DNA of 54,668 nucleotides from a virus. Lineage: Duplodnaviria > Caudoviricetes. The translations under genes and the position numbers were made by a program. The stretch spans positions 1 to 54,668 of IMG/VR virus record IMGVR_UViG_3300008450_000051; one strand, written 5' to 3'. Positions within the stretch are counted from its first letter, which is position 1. Every line of letters begins with the position of its first letter. A model generated the notes under the pieces. That model worked only from the letters and a program-made list of their open reading frames with translations, searched no databases and was not told the DNA's origin. Shown piece after piece: positions 20,204 through 29,330 of the stretch.

Positions 20204-20901
20204 ATCTTATTCATTAGTAGTTGAACTGTATGCTTTAAAGATTCGAGGTCAGAAACATTTGCAATCTTATAGTCAAAGTCCCAGTTATCTAATGCGGTCT
20301 CAGACGGATGATCATTTACTGGCCCAACACCCGGTCTGTCTATTCTAATAATCACACCACCCTTATCCTTGATAGCTTGCGCTTCATTGGGGAAACGGCA
20401 GTCTGTAAATATCCAGTGCGGTAATTCAGCAACTGGAGAACCGTTGCCATCATATCCATAGATGGATGGTTTATAATTAGCCATAGCAGCATTAACCCAT
20501 GCGTTAGGATGCAGTCCATTACGAATAGCATCTGTCCCTAGCTTTTGTAGTAACTCCCGAACCGACATCATCTTCATGAACTTTACATCATTTGATACTA
20601 AATCCGTTGGCGTCTCTACTTCTAAATACCATTCAGGACCAAGATGAGAATCCTTAAACTCCTGATCCTCAAACTTATCAACCGATATGCCAGTAAGAAT
20701 ACTTGCCACTTTCTTTAATGCGCCTGAGAATTTTTTAATCCTCCATAGTGATTCTATATCCAGCATAAGTTCAAACGAGCTATCGTTTACTGCCTCTTCA
20801 AGAGAGTAGTCTATATTGATATTACGCCTGTTTATGTACTGAATGATTTTAGCTACTGTGTCTTTGCCAGATCTTGCATAACCAGAAAGTCCGATGATCA
20901 T
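20188..20901 (-). CDS. deoxynucleoside monophosphate kinase
   Basis: 'IIGLSGYARSGKDT' P-loop, 'RELLQKLGTD', 'TDCRFPNE', 'HPSE' (T4 gp1-like). Confidence 0.9.
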   Translation of the reverse strand: MIIGLSGYARSGKDTVAKIIQYINRRNINIDYSLEEAVNDSSFELMLDIESLWRIKKFSGALKKVASILTGISVDKFEDQEFKDSHLGPEWYLEVETPTDLVSNDVKFMKMMSVRELLQKLGTDAIRNGLHPNAWVNAAMANYKPSIYGYDGNGSPVAELPHWIFTDCRFPNEAQAIKDKGGVIIRIDRPGVGPVNDHPSETALDNWDFDYKIANVSDLESLKHTVQLLMNKIWQTS

Positions 20902-21185
20902 ATTGCTTTGATTGTTTTTGTTTCTCTTAATTCGATCTTGTCTTCATGATGAAATATTAATAGCGACATTAGCTCCACGATCTCATGGTAGTCTAGCTTT
21001 ATTTTCTTACCACCTAATACAATCTTAACACCATTACCATCATCACTTAGAGTAGCAGCAAGAGCATTTGGGGTTGCCCATTCAGTTGTACTAGAGTAAC
21101 GAAGTTCAATGTCGTCATTAACAATGATATCATAGTCATAGCTATTTGCTTCGCCATGCCTATCTCTATTTGTCCATACTTGCAT
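20898..21185 (-). CDS. hypothetical protein
   Basis: 95-aa ORF coupled to the kinase. Confidence 0.6.
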   Translation of the reverse strand: MQVWTNRDRHGEANSYDYDIIVNDDIELRYSSTTEWATPNALAATLSDDGNGVKIVLGGKKIKLDYHEIVELMSLLIFHHEDKIELRETKTIKAI

Positions 21186-21279
21186 AAGAAAAAAATTAAG
21201 GGAGGCATACGGCTATCTAACGCGAGATAGTATTCCTCTACTCCTGTAGAGTTAGTCCGACTCTCCTCCCAGTGGTTAA

Positions 21280-21510
21280 TTAAAAGGGTAGCTTCTCTTC
21301 TGCCTGAGCAGGTGCAGGTGTATACACTTGCAGATACGGCTTGCCCTCCTTGCTTTTACGCAGGGTTACATTAACCCAACCCTTCTCGTTTAGGTTGTCT
21401 GTCAGCTTCTGGATGTCATCAGCTGTAAATCCAATACGAGTTTCTAATTCACCGAATTTGTTTGTCGCTTCGGTGGTGCGACCTACGTAGACCTTCTCTG
21501 TGTTTGCCAT
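21280..21510 (-). CDS. small ssDNA-binding-like protein
   Basis: 76 aa ending in SSB-like acidic tail 'EEKLPF'; replication module context. Confidence 0.5.
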   Translation of the reverse strand: MANTEKVYVGRTTEATNKFGELETRIGFTADDIQKLTDNLNEKGWVNVTLRKSKEGKPYLQVYTPAPAQAEEKLPF

Positions 21511-21511
21511 G

Positions 21512-21664
21512 TTACTTGGTTTTAAAAGTGGTTAAAATTGTTAGTGTGTATTTGTAAATTCCTAGTTCAATGTAAAGCTCCTTCTCTTGTATGTGCCAGA
21601 CTATTGCAAAGACTGGGAAGATAAAGAACTCATTGTGTTTCTCTGTGGTTGCGGTGATGGTCAT
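21512..21664 (-). CDS. small hypothetical protein (50 aa)
   Basis: MTITATTEKHNEFFIFPVFAIVWH...; ATGA overlap with the upstream gene. Confidence 0.45.
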   Translation of the reverse strand: MTITATTEKHNEFFIFPVFAIVWHIQEKELYIELGIYKYTLTILTTFKTK

Positions 21665-22005
21665 ATAATTTTATTTATTTTAAGCATGTCGATTAGTTCC
21701 TGAAAGTCATCCAGTGTCATCGCTACTATAGTCCCCTGTCTATTTTTTTTGTGGAATACCAAATTTATGTTAGAATCTTGTGGCATCTCTGTTAATACTC
21801 TATGAATACTCCCCAAGTTTTCCACAGCCTTACACTGGCAGGAGAATGGTGGTGTATTGGTGAGGTCTACCTTCTTGTCATCCAGCATTTTAGATTCGTA
21901 TCTGGATGTTTGGCATTTCTCCCACCCCCGATCCCTCCACCACTCAGCCATCTGTCTTTCAAACTGGTGCCCTTTTATGCGAGCACTCCGTCCTTTAGTC
22001 GCCAT
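21661..22005 (-). CDS. Holliday junction resolvase-like PD-(D/E)xK nuclease
   Basis: 'GRSARIKGHQFER', 'VDL....SCQCK' Hjc-like motifs. Confidence 0.75.
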   Translation of the reverse strand: MATKGRSARIKGHQFERQMAEWWRDRGWEKCQTSRYESKMLDDKKVDLTNTPPFSCQCKAVENLGSIHRVLTEMPQDSNINLVFHKKNRQGTIVAMTLDDFQELIDMLKINKII

Positions 22006-22268
22006 ATGCGTTTGTATTTAATTAGTGTTTGAATCGTATCCCATTCTACCAGTGGTGAGAAGTGGCATTCATAGAATACAGTGGGTCTCATCGCGTTGAT
22101 CATGTAGTAATTGGTATCTGGTTTTATGTCATCCTCCGTACATTGTACTAGTATCTCATGACCTTCAGCAAGTAAACTCCACTTACCATTAAGACACCTA
22201 TATACTTCCTGCGTTGATAAGCTTTTCGTACGGCTGCTTGACGAACTTTTCTTTGTCCGAGCCATCAT
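21975..22268 (-). CDS. hypothetical protein (true start probably further downstream)
   Basis: ORF filling the gap between helicase and resolvase. Confidence 0.4.
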   Translation of the reverse strand: MMARTKKSSSSSRTKSLSTQEVYRCLNGKWSLLAEGHEILVQCTEDDIKPDTNYYMINAMRPTVFYECHFSPLVEWDTIQTLIKYKRIWRLKDGVLA

Positions 22269-23919
22269 TTATTTTTTGAGTGGGTGAGTAAATAGAATTA
22301 GCTATATCAAACCTGAAGTAGTCGGTCTCTTCCTTACCACTGAAACGGAACCTTATCTTCCAGAAGTGAATCTCAGTCTGGTTGGTTTCTCTGTTACGAT
22401 ACACAGTGATGCCGTTATCGGGGGCATTATAATAGTGAGAGCTATCTCCTACATCATATCCAGTTGGTACTTCATAGGCACCCTGCTTAATCTTGGTTAA
22501 CTTCTTTGGGTGTGCTACTAGCCAGATATGAATGCCATGCTCCCGAGCAAACGCCCTTAGGTCTCGCATCATGTTACCGATCTGGTTATGGCGGTTGTCT
22601 GAGTTGCTCCCGAACTGACGCTCTACCGTACTCATGTTATCTATCACCAGACCTCTGATCCCCAGTCTCTTCACCATCTCCTCTGCCTTACTCATAATCG
22701 CTTCAACAGTGGACTCGTTCTCATTTAACTTGTAGTACTTGAAGTGATCGTTTAAGAACGGTGTACACTCTACAACCTCCTCTCTCGTAATACGTTGACA
22801 GTTTGGTGCATTGAAGAATGACTTACCAGTCTTGATAGATAATAGGTCTGTCATAGCAAAGGTTGCATTAGCTTCCTCAGCAGAGTAGAGTAGGTAGGAC
22901 CAGTCATGTCTATCCGCCAGTCTAACCAGTAGATTCTTTAGCCATGTGGTTTTACCGTGCCCGGGGATTCCGGTGATGAGGGTGACCATTCCGGGGTGCC
23001 AGACGAAGTGGTCGTCCATGTTCTCCCATCCTGTGTCAAATCCCTTTGGATATCCCTCTTCCCACAGTCCGAGTAGGTCATTGTCTGTGACGACATCGAT
23101 CCCGTCCACTGGGTATGGTTCTGCGTTCTGGTAGCACTCCACCAGCTTTTCTTTCCCGTGCTTGAGAAGAGTTTCATTGGCGTCCTTTTCTGGTAGATTA
23201 ATGATAAAGCAGTTAGTCTTACCCAATCTGCGAGCAAGCTCAGTGCGAAGACCAATGCCTGCATCATCATTGTCAGTAGCAAGATATATCTTCTTACCCT
23301 CGATGTATGGTAGCATCTCTTCAAGCCACTCCAATTTCTGATTACCCTTGCTTGCTCCGTTTGGTACACTGACTGCTGTTTTGATTCCGGCTTCATAGAA
23401 TGATAGTGTGTCGATCTCACCTTCGGTTATAATAATTTCAGTATCAGAGTTATCCATGGAAACATCAATGCCATAAAGACTAAGCATAGCGCCACTAACC
23501 AGTTTGAAATTCTTTTGGCTATCTCGATACTTGATATTAACAACTTCGCCATGTAGATAATAATTAAAGTTTATACATAATGATTCACTGCCAGTTTGTG
23601 GCATGTACTCAGAAGACTCGGTGACCTTGTATCTAAGAAGTGTTTGGTTGGTTATCCCCCGACCTGCGAACCAGTTGATTACCTTATCAGATAATACTCT
23701 GTGTTCACTAACAGGCTTTGTGTACTCCTTCTTTTGTTTTACAACACCACCTTTCCAGCCACAGTTATGGCAGTTCCACACACCATCTGTTACATTAACA
23801 GAAAGGCATGGATCACTCTTGTGCTTACGTGTGTCAGAACACTTTGGACATGTGGTCTTCACATCTCCTCGTGATCCGGCACGCACATTGATGCCATATC
23901 TTTTTAGCTGTTCTATCAT
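22198..23919 (-). CDS. T7 gp4/Twinkle-like primase-helicase
   Basis: Zn finger (CPKC...CHNC), TOPRIM 'ITEGEIDTLS' and 'ATDNDDAG', Walker A 'GIPGHGKTT', 'LVAHP' SF4 motif. Confidence 0.93.
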   Translation of the reverse strand: MIEQLKRYGINVRAGSRGDVKTTCPKCSDTRKHKSDPCLSVNVTDGVWNCHNCGWKGGVVKQKKEYTKPVSEHRVLSDKVINWFAGRGITNQTLLRYKVTESSEYMPQTGSESLCINFNYYLHGEVVNIKYRDSQKNFKLVSGAMLSLYGIDVSMDNSDTEIIITEGEIDTLSFYEAGIKTAVSVPNGASKGNQKLEWLEEMLPYIEGKKIYLATDNDDAGIGLRTELARRLGKTNCFIINLPEKDANETLLKHGKEKLVECYQNAEPYPVDGIDVVTDNDLLGLWEEGYPKGFDTGWENMDDHFVWHPGMVTLITGIPGHGKTTWLKNLLVRLADRHDWSYLLYSAEEANATFAMTDLLSIKTGKSFFNAPNCQRITREEVVECTPFLNDHFKYYKLNENESTVEAIMSKAEEMVKRLGIRGLVIDNMSTVERQFGSNSDNRHNQIGNMMRDLRAFAREHGIHIWLVAHPKKLTKIKQGAYEVPTGYDVGDSSHYYNAPDNGITVYRNRETNQTEIHFWKIRFRFSGKEETDYFRFDIANSIYSPTQKINDGSDKEKFVKQPYEKLINAGSI

Positions 23920-24110
23920 TTCTTTAATTCTTTAGCTACTACTCTAATCTTTTGTTCCAGTTCGTATATCTTTTTCTTTAGAGCATCTGCTCTGTCATAG
24001 CATCTAGTCAACTTGCTAACTAGTTCTTCTCGCTGATCTTCTAGCTGGTCATACTTGGTGTACAACTCTTTTCTTTTATCTGTCATATCTGTTTGTGTTT
24101 TTGAATCCAA
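23916..24110 (-). CDS. small coiled-coil protein
   Basis: Heptad-rich 64-aa ORF coupled to the helicase. Confidence 0.55.
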   Translation of the reverse strand: MDSKTQTDMTDKRKELYTKYDQLEDQREELVSKLTRCYDRADALKKKIYELEQKIRVVAKELKK

Positions 24111-24490
24111 TAATTAGTTGCGTCGTCTAGGTACTGAAGGAACTTGTTCTTAGAACCGAAGAGTGTGGCTGGGCGAATATAATCCTTCATCTTGATATCC
24201 TTACCCCACGTTTCTTTTTTGTGTAGAATTACTGACTGGAACTGGTCGAACCCGACCTTTGGTATCTGTCTAATAACAGAGCGTATCTTGTCAGCGTTTC
24301 TATAGTGGGTGTCGTTTATCTCGTTGAAGTAGTCCATTACCTTTTGCGCTAGGTCATCGTCTTGATGGCTGTCGATCTCTTGCCATATCGATTGATAGTT
24401 GCTATCATATCTGATCAGCATATCAAGAGCAACCAGTGCATCCTTCTTGGTGCTAAACTTCTTCAGGAAATTCTGTGCGTCCGTATTCAT
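24083..24490 (-). CDS. replication-associated protein with conserved phage C-terminal domain (Phg_2220_C-like)
   Basis: 'VMDYFNE', 'W.KD.KMKDYIRPATLFGSKNKFLQYL' motif. Confidence 0.75.
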   Translation of the reverse strand: MNTDAQNFLKKFSTKKDALVALDMLIRYDSNYQSIWQEIDSHQDDDLAQKVMDYFNEINDTHYRNADKIRSVIRQIPKVGFDQFQSVILHKKETWGKDIKMKDYIRPATLFGSKNKFLQYLDDATNYWIQKHKQI

Positions 24491-24719
24491 ACATGGTGTC
24501 TTTAATAGTTTGTTCCATCCATCCGCCTGCTACTAGTAGCGCAGCAAACTTTTCTACTATGTCTTCAATAGAAGTCTCATCTATTTTATTATCTCCCATG
24601 AATGCAACACCGTGCGTACCGTAGTCATTCTCCCAGACAATCTTGTTGCCATAATACTCGATTGTTATCTTCATATTATTCGTATTTAATTGTACTGAAA
24701 GATAGATAACTCCCGCCAT
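24453..24719 (-). CDS. hypothetical protein
   Basis: ORF in operon; likely starts at MKITIEYYG. Confidence 0.55.
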   Translation of the reverse strand: MAGVIYLSVQLNTNNMKITIEYYGNKIVWENDYGTHGVAFMGDNKIDETSIEDIVEKFAALLVAGGWMEQTIKDTMYEYGRTEFPEEV

Positions 24720-25062
24720 ACATATACTTGATGGCGTTTAAAGTTAGGTTAACTTTAAGATAAAACTTCTTGATGCTATCATCTACTTCATATATGTTAC
24801 CTTCATTCTCTCTACGTCTGCACTCCTTGATGTTCTCTCTGAATGTGGATAGCTTGTTGCGGTATGAATCGAATCGCATGTCAAGATAGTTCTGCACTTC
24901 CTCGCTCTTGAATCCGTGCATGTCTGCGATGCCTACGAATATCATACGTGCGATATCCTTTGCACCTTCTTGTGTTTCAAGTGTTTGAAGTGGTTTCGCT
25001 GGGTTCTTTTCCCATACGAATTGTGGGCGCATTGCCTTTTCTAGTTGTGTTAACTTGTTCAT
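24676..25062 (-). CDS. hypothetical protein, possible HTH DNA-binding
   Basis: 'ARMIFVGIA..HGFKSEEVQNYL' loosely resembles a DnaA domain IV-like HTH. Confidence 0.5.
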   Translation of the reverse strand: MNKLTQLEKAMRPQFVWEKNPAKPLQTLETQEGAKDIARMIFVGIADMHGFKSEEVQNYLDMRFDSYRNKLSTFRENIKECRRRENEGNIYEVDDSIKKFYLKVNLTLNAIKYMYGGSYLSFSTIKYE

Positions 25063-25170
25063 ATTGTTGTTTTAGGTGATTGAAATATTAAAGACCAGCC
25101 TGAGAACAAGCTGGTCTACTGCTGGAGTTTACCAAACCAAAACCCCTTTTGTTAATAATTAAACCAGCAA

Positions 25171-26166
25171 TTATGTTAAGCGCACATTGAATTGTTTGCG
25201 CCATGTTATCTTACCATTCGGTAGCTCCATGATCTGAGCGCCACCGTTCTGCTCCATGTACTGCTTGAGCTTGTTACCATAGAGTAGCTTCTCTGATTCC
25301 TTCTCCTTTAGTATCTCATTGATGCGTACGTATTCGTGCGCCCATAGGACCTGATCTTGACCACCCTGAATCGTGATATCATTCTCCCGATCCTTGTGCT
25401 TAACGGATATGAAGGCGCTGAAGTCTTCAGAATTATCAGCCGGTGGTTCGTACTTAGCAGCGATGCCATAGAACTCTTCCTTATCAAATGGATCTCTCTC
25501 TATTAGCTCAGCCCTTGCAGCCATCACTCTCTGCTGATGTTCTGTTGCCTTATCAAGAATAGCCTGCTGGATATCAGGATCAGCCTCAAATGTTTTTACC
25601 AGCATGTCCTGACCATCTACCTGCATGCATATCTCTGCATAGTTAAGCCCAGTTACTAGCATGTAGTGATTCATCTGAGCGATATAGTTCGGGGGTACGC
25701 CATCAATATAAGAATCAACAGTCATCTTACCCACGTTCTTAATCTCCAGTATCCCTTTCTTCTTACCATATACTGGATGCTGTGTTACCATACCATCTAG
25801 GTTGGCGAATAGCATAGGGTACTTAGGATTCTCGATGATTGCCTTGACCTTTTTGAACTTACGGACCTTGTTCTTGTAGATCACATTCTTAATGAAGTTC
25901 TCTTCCCCATCCCAGTACTGCCACATCTCTGCGATGGTATCCTCCAGCATCTTACCGAAGGCCATCTGCCTGTTCATCTTTGTGGGCAGTAGGTCCATAC
26001 CAATTGACTGGTAGAATAGATTGATTGGGGACTTCCATTTGTTCCATCCCAGTAGCGTACCGGCATCCGATCCGCCCACCATACCCCGAGATGAAAACGA
26101 CTGGCGTAATCTTTGCCAGTCGATCTCGGATAGGTTCTTCGTGCTTGTCTGTTTAAGCTTTGGCAT
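25171..26166 (-). CDS. YqaJ-like viral recombinase exonuclease
   Basis: 'VGGSDAGTLLG.NKWKSP', 'FANLDG', 'LEIK', 'YIAQMNHYMLVTG'. Confidence 0.9.
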   Translation of the reverse strand: MPKLKQTSTKNLSEIDWQRLRQSFSSRGMVGGSDAGTLLGWNKWKSPINLFYQSIGMDLLPTKMNRQMAFGKMLEDTIAEMWQYWDGEENFIKNVIYKNKVRKFKKVKAIIENPKYPMLFANLDGMVTQHPVYGKKKGILEIKNVGKMTVDSYIDGVPPNYIAQMNHYMLVTGLNYAEICMQVDGQDMLVKTFEADPDIQQAILDKATEHQQRVMAARAELIERDPFDKEEFYGIAAKYEPPADNSEDFSAFISVKHKDRENDITIQGGQDQVLWAHEYVRINEILKEKESEKLLYGNKLKQYMEQNGGAQIMELPNGKITWRKQFNVRLT

Positions 26167-26845
26167 CCTTGATTAGTTTGGTTAAGGTTGTCTTCTGTGC
26201 TAGGTTCAACTTGTACTTTGGTAGTGCTGCTTCAACGTCTGCAATCTTGCCTTCGCTGATAGCCTTTACCATTGCATCAAATTGCTTTGGTGACAATGCC
26301 GTTAGCTCGGGGGATTCAGGAACCTCAGGACTGGGATTCGGCTTGGGAGCCTCCTGAGGAACCTTAGCTTGCGTCTTCCCCTTCGTGTTTATATGTTTGG
26401 TTAAATCCCATATACGCTCTCCTCTGTCATCTACTGGGTTGCCATACTGGTCGCATTTTATTGTGACCATCTCTAGGTCGTAGAGGAATCTCCCGATCCC
26501 CCACTGAACAGCAGCACGCTTGAATGCATCGGAGGCAGCAGACTTACCAGCCTGCTCGTACATCTGGTCCTTCTCATCGTTCTCTACTCTAGCTCCGCAG
26601 TCCCATCTCCAGACCACAGAACCATCGTCTTTGGTTATACCAATACCAGCAAAAATGAAGCCATTGATATCCTTAAAGTCTGATTGCCAGCCATTTCGGC
26701 AGTGCTTGTCTAGAGTGTCCATCACTTGGCGTGCGTCAATGTATGCCGAACAGAACGCCTTTGTCTTGTCTTTGTTACGGCTTTGTACCCTCCATTGATA
26801 AGGGATCGGTTGCTTCAGTTGAGCAACTAAGTCAGTTATGTTCAT
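26153..26845 (-). CDS. Rad52/Rad22-like single-strand annealing protein (Sak)
   Basis: 'AYIDARQVMDTLD', 'KSAASDAFKRAAVQWGIGRFLY'. Confidence 0.9.
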   Translation of the reverse strand: MNITDLVAQLKQPIPYQWRVQSRNKDKTKAFCSAYIDARQVMDTLDKHCRNGWQSDFKDINGFIFAGIGITKDDGSVVWRWDCGARVENDEKDQMYEQAGKSAASDAFKRAAVQWGIGRFLYDLEMVTIKCDQYGNPVDDRGERIWDLTKHINTKGKTQAKVPQEAPKPNPSPEVPESPELTALSPKQFDAMVKAISEGKIADVEAALPKYKLNLAQKTTLTKLIKDAKA

Positions 26846-26854
26846 ATGATAATT

Positions 26855-27079
26855 TTAAAGTGAATTGAGATACGTCTGCAGGAATCCATACTCGCTGGCT
26901 AGGAAATAGATAGTCTGCCAGTCATAGTAGAACTTGGTCTCCTTGCCTATCTGTATCGCCTTGACAAAGTGACCAACGACCAGCGACTCATGGTTAGCCA
27001 TAAGCCACTTGCGGTAGGGCTTCAGATCGTAATCCTGCCCATCTAGAATCATAATGTCCTTGGAATAATCGTACTTCAT
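26855..27079 (-). CDS. hypothetical protein
   Basis: 74-aa ORF heading the recombination operon. Confidence 0.6.
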   Translation of the reverse strand: MKYDYSKDIMILDGQDYDLKPYRKWLMANHESLVVGHFVKAIQIGKETKFYYDWQTIYFLASEYGFLQTYLNSL

Positions 27080-27411
27080 TTAGACTAAGGTAGGAATAAT
27101 ACATACACATTGTTAAAAAGTTTTCCAAATGTTTTACACATAGCAAGGTCTATATCCCTGAGACTGGGATAGTCCGCTACTTTGTTTACGATTCGTAGCA
27201 TCATAGCCCAATCATGCATCCCCATATCCAAGGGGGAGTGGTCTTCTTACGAAGTCTCAGGTCACTGGTTGTCACCTTTAAAACATTGCCAGCTCTTTTA
27301 ACCACTCCTATCATCTCCCGACCGGCGACTAACTGGTCGGTTAAGCATGAAGGACAATTAACTTTCTTTGGGTAGCCATCGTACTACCATTGGAAGAAAC
27401 CTGTTAAAACC

Positions 27412-27440
27412 AAAAAGCCCCCGATCCGAAGACCGAGGGC
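27412..27440 (-). terminator. intrinsic terminator with UUCG loop
   Basis: Minus strand GCCCTCGGTC-TTCG-GATCGGGGGC-TTTTT. Confidence 0.75.
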
Positions 27441-27532
27441 TATAAAAAAACCCCAAGTGGTAAGAGCAAATGGGGAGCAGTTAAAATAGAATTAGTATGT
27501 CCCCGATTTCGCCTCTTACACGTCATCGGAAG
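27412..27532 (-). ncRNA. candidate small RNA/attenuator with complementary hairpin loops
   Basis: Promoter immediately upstream; hairpin loops GTAAGAG and CTCTTAC are complementary; two terminator-like hairpins. Confidence 0.5.
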
Positions 27533-27535
27533 CCC

Positions 27536-27566
27536 CAAATATATAAATACTTTTTAAATAAACAAG
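27536..27566 (-). promoter_or_regulatory. Bacteroidota sigma70-type promoter
   Basis: Minus strand TTG-N19-TATATTTG. Confidence 0.6.
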
Positions 27567-27579
27567 GAATTACTGGGGT

Positions 27580-27870
27580 AATCTTTTGCACAAGGTAGTG
27601 AATATCACTACTTATCGCTCATTATTACTCCAGTTATAGCTCATTTGTACAGTTTTTTGCACAATAAACTGGATATTACTTGTAACATTTTTATGTACGA
27701 AAAAGTGTACATTATAACACTTTTATGTACATAATGTGTGATAAAAGCGACATATTACCACCTTTTGTACCATTTTACTACACTTTATTGTGACAAAAAT
27801 TAAGCGCTGAGTTTAAATTATAGGCGCAAGTTGTACTAATAGTATAAAAATCTGCATTAAATTTTCCGGA
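27580..27870. repeat. AT-rich array of short palindromes/TGYAC repeats (candidate attP or protein-binding array)
   Basis: Eight TGYAC cores plus inverted repeats (GTAGTGA-ATA-TCACTAC; AAAGTGT..ACACTTT); non-coding, downstream of the integrase operon. Confidence 0.4.
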
Positions 27871-27874
27871 TTCT

Positions 27875-28090
27875 TCATGCATACTCAGATGATACGCCAT
27901 GCCCAGCCAGTGCTTGGTCTAGGTCTAACCTCCTGACATCGAACTCGTTAAGGTCAGGATTGCGCTCCAGTTTCCGGAAGTCTCGGGGGCTTAACACCTT
28001 GAGGCAGAACACCTCATAGCTAACCGATCCCAGTCTCTCCTCATCGTGGTAGATTATAACTGGATCTTGGAGTGCTATTCTTATCTTCAT
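27875..28090 (-). CDS. hypothetical protein
   Basis: 71-aa ORF, coupled. Confidence 0.55.
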   Translation of the reverse strand: MKIRIALQDPVIIYHDEERLGSVSYEVFCLKVLSPRDFRKLERNPDLNEFDVRRLDLDQALAGHGVSSEYA

Positions 28091-28320
28091 AGGATTTTAT
28101 TTATGTTGGCGTACTCTTCGTGTACTGGCCCCGATAGGCAGGAGCCTACCACCCTTTGGTTGAGTGTGAACTCCACCCACGTTTCATCTTTTAGTGTCGG
28201 TTCGGGGGAATCAATCGGAACCCAAGTAGTACGGCTAACTACTCTATTACCACCATAGGGTACGTCCTTATTAAATCTAACCCACCATCTGTTCTCTAGT
28301 CTGAATGTTTGTCCTTGCAT
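28087..28320 (-). CDS. hypothetical protein
   Basis: 77-aa ORF directly after the integrase. Confidence 0.55.
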   Translation of the reverse strand: MQGQTFRLENRWWVRFNKDVPYGGNRVVSRTTWVPIDSPEPTLKDETWVEFTLNQRVVGSCLSGPVHEEYANINKIL

Positions 28321-28322
28321 AG

Positions 28323-29330
28323 TTAAGCATTTAAGAATTCTTTATAGTAGTTGTTTATCTCACTCTTATGTACACTATCCACCCAGCCTTGATACCTCTT
28401 GATGGCATCCGACTTATGGCCGGAGGCAAACCTTACGTGGTCCAGTGACACACCACCAGCCAGCATCGTTGTGATGGCGGTCTTGCGTAGCATATGTGGG
28501 TGTACGATATCGCAGAACTTACTTGACTGGAGCGACTTATCACCAGTGTGGTCCGCCTTCTTGTACGTGGTCTCCTCGTGCATCTCAGGGTAGGTAGCAA
28601 AGAATGGCTTGAGATTCTTGTTGATGAAGGTATCCTTACATCCGAAGCGAATGGGTGTGTATACCGATCCGTAGTTCTCTAGATTATAGAGATATCTTTT
28701 GTATAAAGATTCCGGCAGTGGTAGTGTGGTCATCGCCCCAGTCTTCTGATTCTCCTTCATAAGATATACGGAGCCGTTCATTACGATATCAGACTTGCTC
28801 AGGTTGATAGCATCGCCAACACGAAGAGAGGTGACCAGCATCGTTGCGCTTAGTTCCCAAAGATACTTATGCTCGGGGGACATAGAGTCATAGCGGTTAG
28901 CGGTATCGTTTATAAAGTCCTTAACGAACTGAATGGGTAGTGTTACAATGGGTACGTCAACTCCAATGGCGCGTCTTACTTTGGGTAGTGTGAGGAAGTA
29001 CTGCTCGGCCCAGTAGTCTGTCACTATTTTTAGAATATTGGTGACATCACGTCTTGTGTTAGCGGAGAATTTCTGACGAGTCATCCAGTCAATGAAGAGG
29101 TCGATGTGTCTATTGAACTTGTCTGCAACGGCGCGCTTCTCCTCCAGTGATAGGCTCGTGAGGTTGAACTCTTCTAGGTTGATACCACTCTTGGCGTATC
29201 GTTGGTAGGTCTTGAAGGCAAAGTTGTATGACTTGATAGACATCGGTTTGTAGTTGGTGCCGGATCGTGTGCGTAGTTCCCCAGTCCTCATCATCGTTAC
29301 ATACTTCTCCAGTAATGGTGTTAGCTTCAT
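28323..29330 (-). CDS. int: tyrosine recombinase/integrase
   Basis: Catalytic R (SLRVGD), K (QKTG), HxxR (HMLRKT), H (SGH), Y (IKRYQ). Confidence 0.9.
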   Translation of the reverse strand: MKLTPLLEKYVTMMRTGELRTRSGTNYKPMSIKSYNFAFKTYQRYAKSGINLEEFNLTSLSLEEKRAVADKFNRHIDLFIDWMTRQKFSANTRRDVTNILKIVTDYWAEQYFLTLPKVRRAIGVDVPIVTLPIQFVKDFINDTANRYDSMSPEHKYLWELSATMLVTSLRVGDAINLSKSDIVMNGSVYLMKENQKTGAMTTLPLPESLYKRYLYNLENYGSVYTPIRFGCKDTFINKNLKPFFATYPEMHEETTYKKADHTGDKSLQSSKFCDIVHPHMLRKTAITTMLAGGVSLDHVRFASGHKSDAIKRYQGWVDSVHKSEINNYYKEFLNA

